Shown piece after piece: positions 13,701 through 24,700 of a DNA stretch of 64,000 bases. Source of the stretch: Macrostomum hystrix (Eukaryota > Animalia > Platyhelminthes); the NCBI GenBank assembly GCA_950097015.1, contig CATNEN010000002.1, positions 1,240,001 to 1,304,000 of the forward strand. The letters run 5' to 3'. Every line of letters starts with the position of its first letter. The stretch's first letter is position 1. Position numbers and translations under genes: made by a program. The notes below the pieces were generated by a model. The model saw only the letters and a program-made list of their open reading frames with translations. It was not told where the DNA came from and did no database searches.

Positions 13701-14841
13701 ACCGCTATCTTTGCCCAGTCATCCAGAGAAGTGCAGTTTGCAATGCTGAGGAACTACTCGACTTCTCGTAACGTGCCTTACGGCAACGATGTTTTAACAG
13801 TTCATGTCTCGAATGCTTGTACAGTTGACCATTTGCTGACAGCTTTGACGTTTGCAATGCGAGACCATTCCGAGTTTCGGCAGGCAGTCCAGCGACTTCC
13901 CGATGATTGCGCTCCCCTGACTGACTTTCTGCATGCAGCTGTCCAGGCTTTTACTCATGAGAGTATCCATTTCGCTCGGGCTCGGCTGCTCCTGCGTTGT
14001 CCTGAATTGCACCGGCGTGGCGCTGTCGTGAGGCGCCGGTCCAGCACTTCCAAGGAAATCGATATAAGCCTATTCCAGGGAGCGCTGGATGTTACTACCT
14101 GGGTGCTCGGAGAGTTTCATGCTATAACTCAGCGTGTGGGTTGCCCCTTCTGCCGCAAAGAGGAGACACGGCGCTTCTACCAACTTGTGCTTCCAACTCC
14201 GGAGCAAGCGCCCTCTGGTGACAGCCGCCGGATCTTAATGTCTCCCGAGGCCTATCTTCGGGAAGTATTTACTTCTGGCGACCGCTGTGTGGAATGCCTC
14301 GACTGTAACCTCGACTCGCGCTACTTACACCATCCCCGCTTTGCCAACTTTCCACCGCCAGTTGTGGTTGTGGGCATTCCAGATTCGGCAACGGGTCGGG
14401 AGACTCTCCCACCTCACTCAGTCATGCATCCTTTCCCGGAGGACGGATCCATTCAGTAAGTGCACACTGGTTCAATGCGCCGTTTGTGATTCTTACATAT
14501 TCAGGCTAGCTAATTTCAGCATGTGTTGGGCATCGTTAATAAAAAACTTGACTTCGTTAACAAAAAATTTAACGGTTTAACTAGTTAATGACTAGTATCT
14601 TGGGTGCAAGCTTCGAATGTATGGAATTTTATTCACTAATTTTAGTTACAATCTCTGTTGCACAACAATTGCTGTGCCCGGTCATTTCTACGGCCGCATC
14701 GTTCGTGGAAACACCCATTACATCTACGATGACGCAGCATCTAGTGCTCAAGGCAAACTGCCATTTTATAAGGAGGGTCGGCAGCGGAACCGTGGCAGAC
14801 CGACTCTTTTAGTCTACATCGTCGGAACGTGCCGTTGCTGA
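10732..14841 (+). CDS. MULE (NOF-FB-like) DDE transposase with C-terminal USP/C19-like protease domain, about 1215 aa
   Basis: Exons 10732-10735, 10864-11134, 11279-14455 and 14646-14841 have GTAAG...AG introns with matching phases (3648 nt). Putative catalytic D in GLDSTG (11913), D in VTDFN (12123) and E in GSTELCIRLIK (12861). N-terminal W..F...C...C motif. C-terminal NACTVDH, two CxxC pairs, GHF and YDD. Confidence 0.85.
13135..13545 (+). repeat. In-frame minisatellite encoding SVPGSASASGP-type repeats inside the transposase
   Basis: Repeated ctctgtgccaggctccgcatctgcctc units; reading frame preserved. Confidence 0.9.
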
Positions 14842-16600
14842 TGGTCTATGCCTCAAGGACATGGTGTTAAATTTTCTGCTTGTAGTTTGCAGTAGTTTAG
14901 GGCAACAGAATATTTCATGTTACGAGTATATAGTACCAACCATTTTTGTGTGGGGTGATGTGTAGAGCGACAGAGCGCACAAATGCACGACGAGAAGAGT
15001 TGGCAAATGATTGCAGATATTATTTTGTTTGTCGCCAATTTTCAGATCTCGACGATCTGCAGATTTTTAGGTCTCTTTCAAATTTTTGCCAATTGTAGTC
15101 AGTTGCCAATAGCAATAATAATACTATGGGCTTGTTCTTGACCTTGCACTCGAGTATTTGGGCATTTTAAAGTCATTGTTTTTATGTTTGATTCATGCAT
15201 CAGGATATATACTGCTGATAGTGTTTTTTTCCGCATGGGTGTCACATGGCAAAAACGCACTGAGGAAGTGTTGCCCGCTTTTTGAACATGATAATGAGAA
15301 TATTTTGTCCATGTTGTTTTTCGTCACAGAGCCAATTGATGATGGATGATATGGATGATAAAGAAATTTGTTGTAAATATCCAATCCCTCTCAAATAGTG
15401 TAGAAATTAACAATGGAGAAATAACGGATCACCTCTTCTTCCCTACCCTGCATCTACTCCCTTCTTGCAGATGCGACGCTTTTAAGATCTTAGTGTACTC
15501 GTTTCTAACCTAGCCGGCGTTCTCCAATTCCTAATATAGTACCGTCCTATACCGTAAAAACACCGTAAATAGTCCTTCAACTTGTTCTCTTTTGATGTGG
15601 TCTGCTTATGTTAACCCAGCTATCCAATTCTTATAACTCTAGCTAACGTTGCATTTCTACATTTGTAGCACATTCGCACCCTGATATGCTCATTTGTGCT
15701 GCTCCTCATACTAACGCATTTGCAGTGTTTATGTCGTTGTCGAAATGGCAATGTATGTCTTCTACGCTTCTATACTTTTATGTGGGCAATGGCGCCCAGC
15801 CCAGCAGACAGCAGAATTGAGCGTTTATGTACTTTTTGGTCGCGCAATTCGTTGTTTTCATTTTGCCCTTTTAGTATACTCAAAATAATATACTTCTTAT
15901 TCTCGCTTTCAGTTTACTCATGAACGAGTTTCGTTTTAATTTTTGTGTGCTACATGTACAGTTTCGGAGGGTTAAAGTTTTCTATTTTGTGCGACGAGCT
16001 GCATTTTGTCCAGTTAAAGCTGGTTCAAAATAAGAAAAAAATTAAAATTCATATTTCCCTTTAAAGGCTTTTGCCGAACTGAAAAGTTGCAAGACCAACT
16101 TGCAGAATACGCGTTATAACAGCAGACTTTTTATGCCATGCGATGAAAAAAGTTGTAGTCTTCTTGCCATGCAGCATAAGTAACAGATTACGATAGAAAA
16201 AATTAAAATGCATTTCCATAGAAGACAGAATTGCAAGCGTACTAAGAGGTGACGTCAATTGCAGTTATAGATTCTCGTATTAGCTGTGGTCCTTCGACAT
16301 TACTACAGACAGCAAACATCTTAATATTAGAAAACGACAATGTCAACCAGCAAATTTGTCGACAGCACACACAAAAAACATTCCATTTACTCTCTCGGGC
16401 ACCAGATGTAAAACTTACTCGCTCGCTTATTCGCCAATAAGGATGATTATTGCTTAGCAGTCTTGTCTGCAAAGCAATAATCATCCTTATTGGCGACGTG
16501 CTCAAGTAGTTCTGCGCATAGCGATTGCTGCTCAAAACTGTTCCGCCGAATACCAAAAAGCGGTAAAGGAGAAAATAATAGCACACCCAAGAGCATTAAT

Positions 16601-17809
16601 TTACATCTGGACCATTCTTCTGGTAAAATAAGTCTTACGACCTGTCCCACCAGTAATATCACTCAGATCAGCCTTCCTCTTTCGTCGCTTCTTCTTTTCA
16701 TCTCCATCTCTCTCCTTTGCCGCCGCCGCCTGCTCTCGCTCTTCCACCGCCTCTCGCTCCCTCGCCGCCGCCGCCTCTCGCTCCCTCGCCGCCGCCGCCT
16801 GCTCTCGCTCTTCCACCGCCTCTCGCTCCCTCGCCGCCGCCGCCTCTCGCCGCTCCCTCGCCGCCGCCGCCTGCTCTCGCTCTTTCGCCGCCTCTCGCTC
16901 CCTCGCCGCCGCCGCCTGCTCTCGCTCTTTCGCCGCCTCTCGCTCCCTCGCCGCCACCTGCTCTCGCTCTTTCGCCGACTCTCGCTCTCTCGCCGCCGCC
17001 GCCTGCTCTTGCTCTTCCGCCGCCTCTCGCTCCCTAGCCGCCGCCGCCTGCTCTCGCTCTTTCGCCGACTCTCGCTCTCTCGCCGCCGCCGCCTGCTCTC
17101 GCTCTTCCGCCGCCTCTCGCTCCCTAGCCGCCGCCGCCTGCTCTCGCTCTTTCGCCGCCTCTCGCTCCCTCGCCGCCACCTGCTCTCGCTCTTCCACCGC
17201 CTCTCGCTCCCTCGCTGCCGCCGCCTTTCGTTCTCCCGCTGTCGCTGGCATGTCCACACTCCCAACTGCTGCAGCTACACGAACTTCGGCTTGCAACTGC
17301 CGAATGCAGGCGATAGAAATGTTCAATACAGAAATTAATTCCACTGGCGAAAACGATGCGGCCAATTCGAGATGCCTCAACGCCTCTGATATGTGCTCCG
17401 CAACAGACGGGCGACACATTTCCTTGTCCACAACCTTCCATCCATTGCTTTCGAGCCACACCTTACCCGCTTCTGCAGCCTTGCACCGCTTTGAAAAATC
17501 CTGACGGCAATCAGCTTCCATACTTCGAGTGCGAAAGATAGCTATACCATTACTGTATGCAAGTGCATTACCATCTTCAGTCAGGTATTGAAATGAAGTA
17601 CCTTTCACAGTTCGAATTTTGCTATTAGCAAATTTTATGCCAAGGATACTAGCAGCACCACGGACACAGGCAGCAGACAGTTCAATGCCGACAACAATAT
17701 CTTTCGGAATGAAATCCGGCAATGGCCCGTTGGGCTCAAATTTGTAATATGGGTCCTTGATGAAGGCCTGGAAAAATTGAAAACTTAGCATATAGTTCAT
17801 GTTCTTCAT
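16601..17809 (-). CDS. Second, convergent gene of the MULE element: unknown protein with Ala/Arg/Glu coiled-coil repeat and basic NLS-like stretch (probably spliced)
   Basis: 402-aa ORF starts in the degenerate innermost unit of the right array. ttttccag acceptor at 17768-17770 and a GTAAAT donor near 16604. AAAREREAAKEREQ repeats, then KKKRRKRK. Confidence 0.6.
   Translation of the reverse strand: MKNMNYMLSFQFFQAFIKDPYYKFEPNGPLPDFIPKDIVVGIELSAACVRGAASILGIKFANSKIRTVKGTSFQYLTEDGNALAYSNGIAIFRTRSMEADCRQDFSKRCKAAEAGKVWLESNGWKVVDKEMCRPSVAEHISEALRHLELAASFSPVELISVLNISIACIRQLQAEVRVAAAVGSVDMPATAGERKAAAAREREAVEEREQVAAREREAAKEREQAAAAREREAAEEREQAAAARERESAKEREQAAAAREREAAEEQEQAAAARERESAKEREQVAAREREAAKEREQAAAAREREAAKEREQAAAARERREAAAAREREAVEEREQAAAAREREAAAAREREAVEEREQAAAAKERDGDEKKKRRKRKADLSDITGGTGRKTYFTRRMVQM
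16720..17220 (-). repeat. In-frame GC-rich minisatellite (AAAREREAxxEREQ)
   Basis: Repeated cgccgccgcctgctctcgctc / cgcctctcgctccct units on the plus strand. Confidence 0.9.
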
Positions 17810-17820
17810 AGAAAATATAT

Positions 17821-18940
17821 GTTTAGTCTAGACAGATAACAATTGGTGTTCTACTTTCAACACAAATATTTAGACAAGAATGGGTGGAACATGAAGGAAC
17901 AAGACTTTCATGTTCTTTATGGACCATGGATGTTTAGTCTAGACAGATAACAATTGGTGCTCTACTTTCAACGCAAATATATAGACAAGAATAGACGGAA
18001 CATGAAGGAACAAGAATTTCATGTTCTTTATGGACCATGGATGTTTAGTCTAGACAGATAACAATTGGTGCTCTACTTTCAACGCAAATATATAGACAAG
18101 AATAGACGGAACATGAAGGAACAAGAGTTTCATGTTCTTTATGGACCATGGATGTTTAGTCTAGACAGATAACAATTGGTGCTCTACTTTCAACACAAAT
18201 ATTTAGACAAGAATGGGTGGAACATGAAGGAACAAGACTTTCATGTTCTTTATGGACCATGGATGTTTAGTCTAGACAGATAACAATTGGTGCTCTACTT
18301 TCAACGCAAATATATAGACAAGAATAGACGGAACATGAAGGAACAAGAATTTCATGTTCTTTATGGACCATGGATGTTTAGTCTAGACAGATAACAATTG
18401 GTGCTCTACTTTCAACACAAATATATAGACAAGAATAGACGGAACATGAAGGAACAAGAATTTCATGTTCTTTATGGACCATGGATGTTTAGTCTAGACA
18501 GATAACAATTGGTGCTCTACTTTCAACGCAAATATATAGACAAGAATAGACGGAACATGAAGGAACAAGAATTTCATGTTCTTTATGGACCATGAATGTT
18601 TAGTCTAGACAGATAACAATTGGTGCTCTACTTTCAACGCAAATATATAGACAAGAATAGACGGAACATGAAGGAACAAGAATTTCATGTTCTTTTTGGA
18701 CCATGGATGTTTAGTCTAGACAGATAACAATTGGTGCTCTACTTTCAACACAAATATATAGACAAGAATAGACGGAACATGAAGGAACAAGAATTTCATG
18801 TTCTTTATGGACCATGGATGTTTAGTCTAGACAGATAACAATTGGTGCTCTACTTTCAACACAAATATATAGACAAGAATAGACGGAACATGAAGGAACA
18901 AGAATTTCATGTTCTTTATGGACCATGGATGTTTAGTCTA
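17821..18940 (-). repeat. 111-bp tandem array in right TIR, 10 units, inverted relative to the left array
   Basis: GTTTAGTCTA at 17821 ... 18931 (period 111); reverse complement of the left-array unit. Confidence 0.97.
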
Positions 18941-20314
18941 GACAAAGACAAATAGTAACAACTGACCTATTTTCAACACAAAAATAAAGATAAGAATGTA
19001 TGGAACATGAAGGAACGATGTCAAGAATTTCATATTAAGTAAGTTAGTTAGAGTTTAATGAGTTGATTAAAGACAAGATAGAAAATTAATATTATTAATA
19101 TTAGTCTATATTATCTTATCATCTATCTCATCTTATCAGCCTTATTTGATGTTCCAAGAAACGTAAAATACTTTTTTCTTCTTTATCTGCGACTGCATGG
19201 CATTATAAATTTCATGGGACTTGTCAACCATTTGTTTGATTCCATGTATATAAATGTACAAAAATGAGGAACTCAATTATAATGTATAATAATGCCAATG
19301 GAAAGAACCAATTGAAATGAATGGCAAGTAGATGCTCAATATAATTAATTATGTAGGATTGTAATGTAGGTAAGCAATAAATGAGCTTGCACTGATACAC
19401 ACCAATAATTGACACTACTGCACTGAGAATGAGGTAAAAAATGCACAGTGTTGCCAACCAATGAGTCAATGACTTGTTTACATTGCTTGTATAGGCCTAA
19501 TCTTTGTTCTTTATGAGTGTCCAAGTACACTATTCAGTACACTAGGTCATAAGTACAAGGACCACTAGAAGAAGAGTGGTCCTTGCACAAGTCTTGCTTA
19601 CATTCAAAGTGGGAGAAGTAACTGATGCAATAACTAACAACAGACTGAGTGCAGTCTTCTCGGATATAATCGAATATCTTTAATGTTAATTTTGGTTTTA
19701 ACTCTAAGTTAGACTTTAGTTTTTGTCGACATTGTTGTCTCCAGCGGCAAATGTTTTGTTAGTTTGCTTGGAATAATTTTGATAACGCCGGGGAGAAATT
19801 TGTGACATTTTATGTTCATGTATAATGACGTCGATCTCAGCAACTAGGGCCATCGCAAAGTTGCGGTTTTCGAATTTTTGTAGTTTAGGAGAGTAGCTAT
19901 GCGATATGTGTGCTTTCGCAATGTACCCTATAATACGTTCTTTTATCGCAGCAAGACACCACATACTTCAGCCGATTTAGTTTCTCCGACGTGCCTAAAA
20001 GGCAAAGAATTTGATGCCTTGATTTGAAATTTCACACAGTTATTACTGGCACGTGCCTATGTAGGATTTAGAAATCATCGCACGAATTAGTTGATATGTG
20101 CATCTTTGGGAAGCCATCCTCACGCCATCCTCACGCCATCCTCATGCTTTCATATTTTAGAGCCATTCACACGCACGACCATGGCATATATCGATGCAAA
20201 AACAGGCATTGCATATCTGTCTTCATCGTATCTGCTAATTTTAGGCAGTATCGCAGCCATCGCACGTTGTTTTCAAATATCGTGAGGATGGCATGAGGCT
20301 AGGTTTACGTCAGT
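18941..20314 (-). repeat. Right outer terminal inverted repeat (1374 bp)
   Basis: Reverse complement of 6967-8340. Confidence 0.95.
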
Positions 20315-20322
20315 AGCTGATT

Positions 20323-21414
20323 CGCATCAATGCCAATCCGATCCTTTGTTCTGTGACAGATCCTTAAACATGGCAAAGCACCTTCTATTTGTTGGGTGAT
20401 TTGCAACAACCAGTGCAAATACAGAACCACCATGCCTGTTCACCTGCTCGACGCAGTTACTATAATGCTTTGCTTTAGAAATTCTGCTTTGAGCAGATAA
20501 ATAGGAATAAGCCGTAGAATGATGGGCTTGCCCCCCATCAATGGTTTCAGCATTATATGGCTAGAATGGTGCTGCCTTTGCTGGGCTGTCCTCTGCGTAA
20601 CCGAACAAATTTTTGCACCTAAACCTGACTGACGGTTGGACGTACATCTCGTCAAATAATACTACGCATTTTAGCTGAGGTCCACGTAACGTTGTAAAAA
20701 CTGTCCGAATGGTCTCTTCGGAGTCCGCGTGTGTTCCAACTTCTCCAAGTCCAGCCAAACGTGTTCGCAGTGTCCGCTGATGGGGCAGAGGTAGCAGATT
20801 ACGAAAATTAAGCTGCGAATACGCCGAACTACTTATCAGGTAAATTAGAGCAGACTGTCTTCTAGATGTGGCCTCTTCTTCAATTCTAGTTGTGGCCTCT
20901 GCTTCGATTCTAGTTGTGGCCTCTGCTACTATTCTAGTTGTGGCCTCTGCTACTATTCTAGTTGTGGCCTCTGCTACTATTCTAGTTGTGGCCTCTGCTA
21001 CTATTCTAGTTGTGGCCTCTGCTACTATTCTAGTTGTGGCCTCTGCTACTATATTCTAGTTGTGGCCTCTGCTACTATTCTAGTTGTGGCCTCTGCTACT
21101 ATTCTAGTTGTGGCCTCTGCTACTATTCTAGTTGTGGCCTCTGCTACTATTCTAGTTGTGGCCTCTGCTACTATTCTAGTTGTGGCCTCTGCTACTATTC
21201 TAGTTGTGGCCTCTGCTACTATTCTAGTTGTGGCCTCTGCTACTATTCTAGTTGTGGCCTCTGCTACTATTCTAGTTATGGCCTCTGCTACTATTCTTTG
21301 GTTTGGTTTCCTATCATTCTCCTCAAGCCGCAAGTGGATTGAAGAAACTGAGCAATGTTTTTTCTCAAACTTTTTTCTGTTGCTCAGTTTTTTTCTGATT
21401 GAGCTGTCAGACAT
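20323..21414 (-). pseudogene. 5' part of the decayed P-element/THAP9-like transposase
   Basis: Reverse strand gives SALIYLISSSAYSQLNFRNLLPLPHQRTLR, KCVVLFDEMYVQPSVRF..LFGYAED, MLKPLMGGKPIILRLIPI and GGSVFALVVANHPTN across several frameshifts. Confidence 0.8.
20883..21297. repeat. 24-bp minisatellite, about 17 units (EATTRIVA on the minus strand)
   Basis: attctagttgtggcctctgctact repeated. In frame with the P-type transposase N-terminus except for a 2-nt insertion near 21051. Confidence 0.9.
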
Positions 21415-21755
21415 GCTTTGAGTTTTCGCGCCAGCTGCTGCTGCTGCTGCTGTTGCTTTTCGCCACAGCTGCTGCTCAGTAGAAGCTCATTCTTCGGTTG
21501 AATGAGTGGGGACTAAATCATAAGCGAGAATGAATTCAAGTTAAGGCTTGATTTCTAACGCTTTTTACTGCCACAGCAGATGTTCCTGGAAATCCTGGAA
21601 ATCACAGAATCACTGCTTCCTTTATACTTACAATTGCTCAAGTTATTCATAGCTGACAGAAATAAGAACAGCGTCAACCAACTCACCTCACCAACCAGCT
21701 CACCTAATCGCACGGTTTACGAAATTTCAGAGTGCTGCCAGATTCCCAAAAGAAA

Positions 21756-24700
21756 ATGGCGAATGCACAAGCGACATCTGAGGTGAGCTTACAAAATTTA
21801 TCGATGCCTCTGATCCTACTTTGTCCACTTGAGCCAGTCATTTTTAGCATTGCGACTTGAGCATTGGTTTTTTAAATCCCGCTAATTTTTTTTTCACAGA
21901 CCGTTCTCACAGCGGAACAGATTAAATGGAATGAGATTTTCAAACAAATTTGTGTCTCTGAAAAAAGTAAAGCTGCAGATGTAGTCGTTGGGCTGCTTGG
22001 GAAATCACAATCTCAAATCGTTGAAGTGGATGTCGAAGCCGGAAAAAACCCGATCCTCCTGGAGGCAAGCCTGCAAAATATTAAGGAATTTAAACAACAT
22101 CTCGTAGCCCAACTGAATAGGCAGAGGGGAAAATCAACGTCTGTAAAGATTTGTGCAGAAATGCAGGTGGCCTCGCAGACACAGACACAGACTTATTCGG
22201 TAGAGGCAGTGATACACTGTAGAGGTAGAGGCACAGGCAGAGGCACAGGCACATTCGGTAGAGGCACATATGGTAAGTTTAGCTGCTACGTACATGTGAA
22301 GGACAGCGGCTGGTTTAAATGGATCGAGAACGGAAAATTCGAGCTAATTACAAAGTCAAGAAACGCCACTGATCAACGTAGCAGCTTCTTGGTTATACTA
22401 ACAAGGAATTCAAGTATAGATGCCGCCTCAAACTCGGTCTGCAACACGGTGACGGCTGACCAACCAGTTTTTCACTCGGAAACTGAAGCAGCGGAGGTGA
22501 GAACGCAAATTATAGCTGATTAAATTGATACCGAATGTTAATGTTGCTGAAATAACCACATAAGCAACTCATATTTGTGCATTTTCATTAATTCGTGCCG
22601 CAGAGGATGATATCAAGTTGAGCTCGAAATAGTTGCTTAGCAACAAAAAAGAAAATGATCAACAAATAAAATCCGATTGCTTATTTAATTGACATTTAAT
22701 GGGCTTATTCCGTGCCAGGAATCACCAGTCGATGGTCTAAAGAGACTCAGATTTGAAGCCCACAATATAATTTAATGGTCCGTGTAGGAGGTCAGTGTAT
22801 AAAAATGTAAATGTATGCAATGTGGATGTATATCATTGTATTTGGAAATCAACAAGAATTTATTATTACGTACTGCTCAGCCTATTTTCAGCAAAAATTT
22901 TCTATGCAAATGTTTTAGCGGCTGCTTTTTTTATTTTTTCTTGAAAATTTTAAACACAGACTCGAATTTTCGCATCCCGTTGCAGGCAGCAGAGAATGAA
23001 GATAAACAAGAGACCGAAGCAATTGAAGAGATCCATATCGATCCGAACAGCTCGGTTAGCATCAATGAGTTTAACTGTAAGTTCTTTTATTTTAGCATGC
23101 TTATTTTAACAAGATCAATGCTTCTTCAAATATATTTGTGGTAGCAGAATTCTTCACGCGAAATTACTTTTAAATGCATGTAATCAGTTATTTTTTCTTT
23201 TAAGATGCGGCACTGCCAGAGCTCCCGTGTCAGTTTCTGTGGCTCCGCGACGAATACATCAGCAAGGAGAACTGCGAAGCTTTTATTGCCACCGCTGAGG
23301 AGAAAATAAAATCCGATCCGCTCAACGGTGCCGCGTATCACACCATTATCGCCTATCTTAATACAAGATCGACTTTAAGAGTTAATTATCAAGAGGCGGA
23401 GAAGCATCTTGAATTTGCAGAGAAAATTTCTGCCGAAAGCAAGAAAAAGCCTTCAGAATCAAGAACTGAAGAAATAGATCAATATGAGCAATATGAAGGC
23501 ATGAGAATTGACTGCGGCAGCAGCAGCAGCAGTGATGATTCGACGGCTGAAACAAAAAAAAAGGTTGACAAGAATTTGGACTGTCAATTTGTCGTTGATG
23601 CTCTGCGACTGTGGATCAGGAGGGAGCGCGGGTGCCCGCTGAGAGAGTTGAGTAAAGATTGGTACCCGCTTCACAAATTGTGGAGTGATGCTGTAGAGAA
23701 GCAGAAACAAGCAGAAATAAAGCAAGGCAGGCAGAAGACCATGGCGACAGATCATTCAGAAACTATTCAAACGAATCAGTTGTTAGTAAACACCTACATT
23801 GTGGAAGCCTTATCCTATCGTCATTTTGGTCGGAGACTGCACGAAAAGGCTGCGGACACCTTTGCTATGGCAAAAAGAATCACTGAAGAATCGAACTTCT
23901 CGGCTTTGTTCGGCGAAGTCAAAACAGTATCGATAATCAGACGAGATAATAGCTTCATTGTAAAGCCAAATGCTTACGAGATCAATCTATGGGCAAGCGC
24001 TTTCAGAGTCCTACCTGCTGATCCAGTCACGCGATGTAACTTTCTAGCCAGCTGTGCCTTAGCTCTCGTTAACTTTTCTGTAGATGAGAGCAACGGAAAA
24101 GAAGCTGCGAAAATTCATGCAGAGATTCGCAATGAGGGAAAGCAGAACGTGCATCCCCCGACTGAGGGGCAAGAATCCGAATCCAAAGAATCCGAATCCA
24201 AAGAATCCGAATCCGAAGAATTCCAGAATCCCAAGTCGTCAAATCGTCATCTTAGTTTTCGACTGGCAGAAAAAGCATTTGAGATGAGGAAAAAGAATTC
24301 GAAAGATTCGACAACTGATAAAGTGGATTTAGAGCCTGCAAAAACTGCTTTTGACCTTTGCCAAAGGGTATTTCGTAATCTTGGATTTACTGACAAAGCA
24401 AAGGAGGTAAAGGAATTTTTAAAGTCATACAAAAACGTTTACCTCGAAGCTGATGAAAAATTTAGAGAAGCGAAAGAGAGAATAAGAGAGCAAAGAAATG
24501 ATGAAGCAAATATTGCTTTAAAAGATGCCAAAGTTATACTGGAAAAAATGCCGGAAAATCGGAGAAATTGGGACTCTGACTATTTGCTAATTAAAATTCT
24601 TAATCTAGAACAAAAAGTAGACTCCGAAGAAATCGAGCGTCTTTACGACGAAGGCGCAGTGAGATTCGGCCAACGACCATCGATGAAAGCTAAAATTCTT

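Larger units (their letters stand above)
6967..20314. mobile_element. Foldback/NOF-like Mutator (MULE) DNA transposon, 13.35 kb
   Basis: Termini ACTGACGTAAACC...GGTTTACGTCAGT are flanked by the direct repeat AGCTGATT (6959-6966 and 20315-20322). Long inverted repeats with internal tandem arrays; internal MULE-type DDE transposase. Confidence 0.9.

Noticed and set aside
11499-17541. Overlapping alternative-frame ORFs inside the two element genes
   Set aside because: Shadows of GC-rich coding sequence and in-frame minisatellites.
6961-20320. Polinton/Maverick reading based on an alternative 6-bp TSD (GCTGAT)
   Set aside because: No polB, integrase or capsid genes; the transposase is MULE-type and the 8-bp TSD fits symmetric ends.
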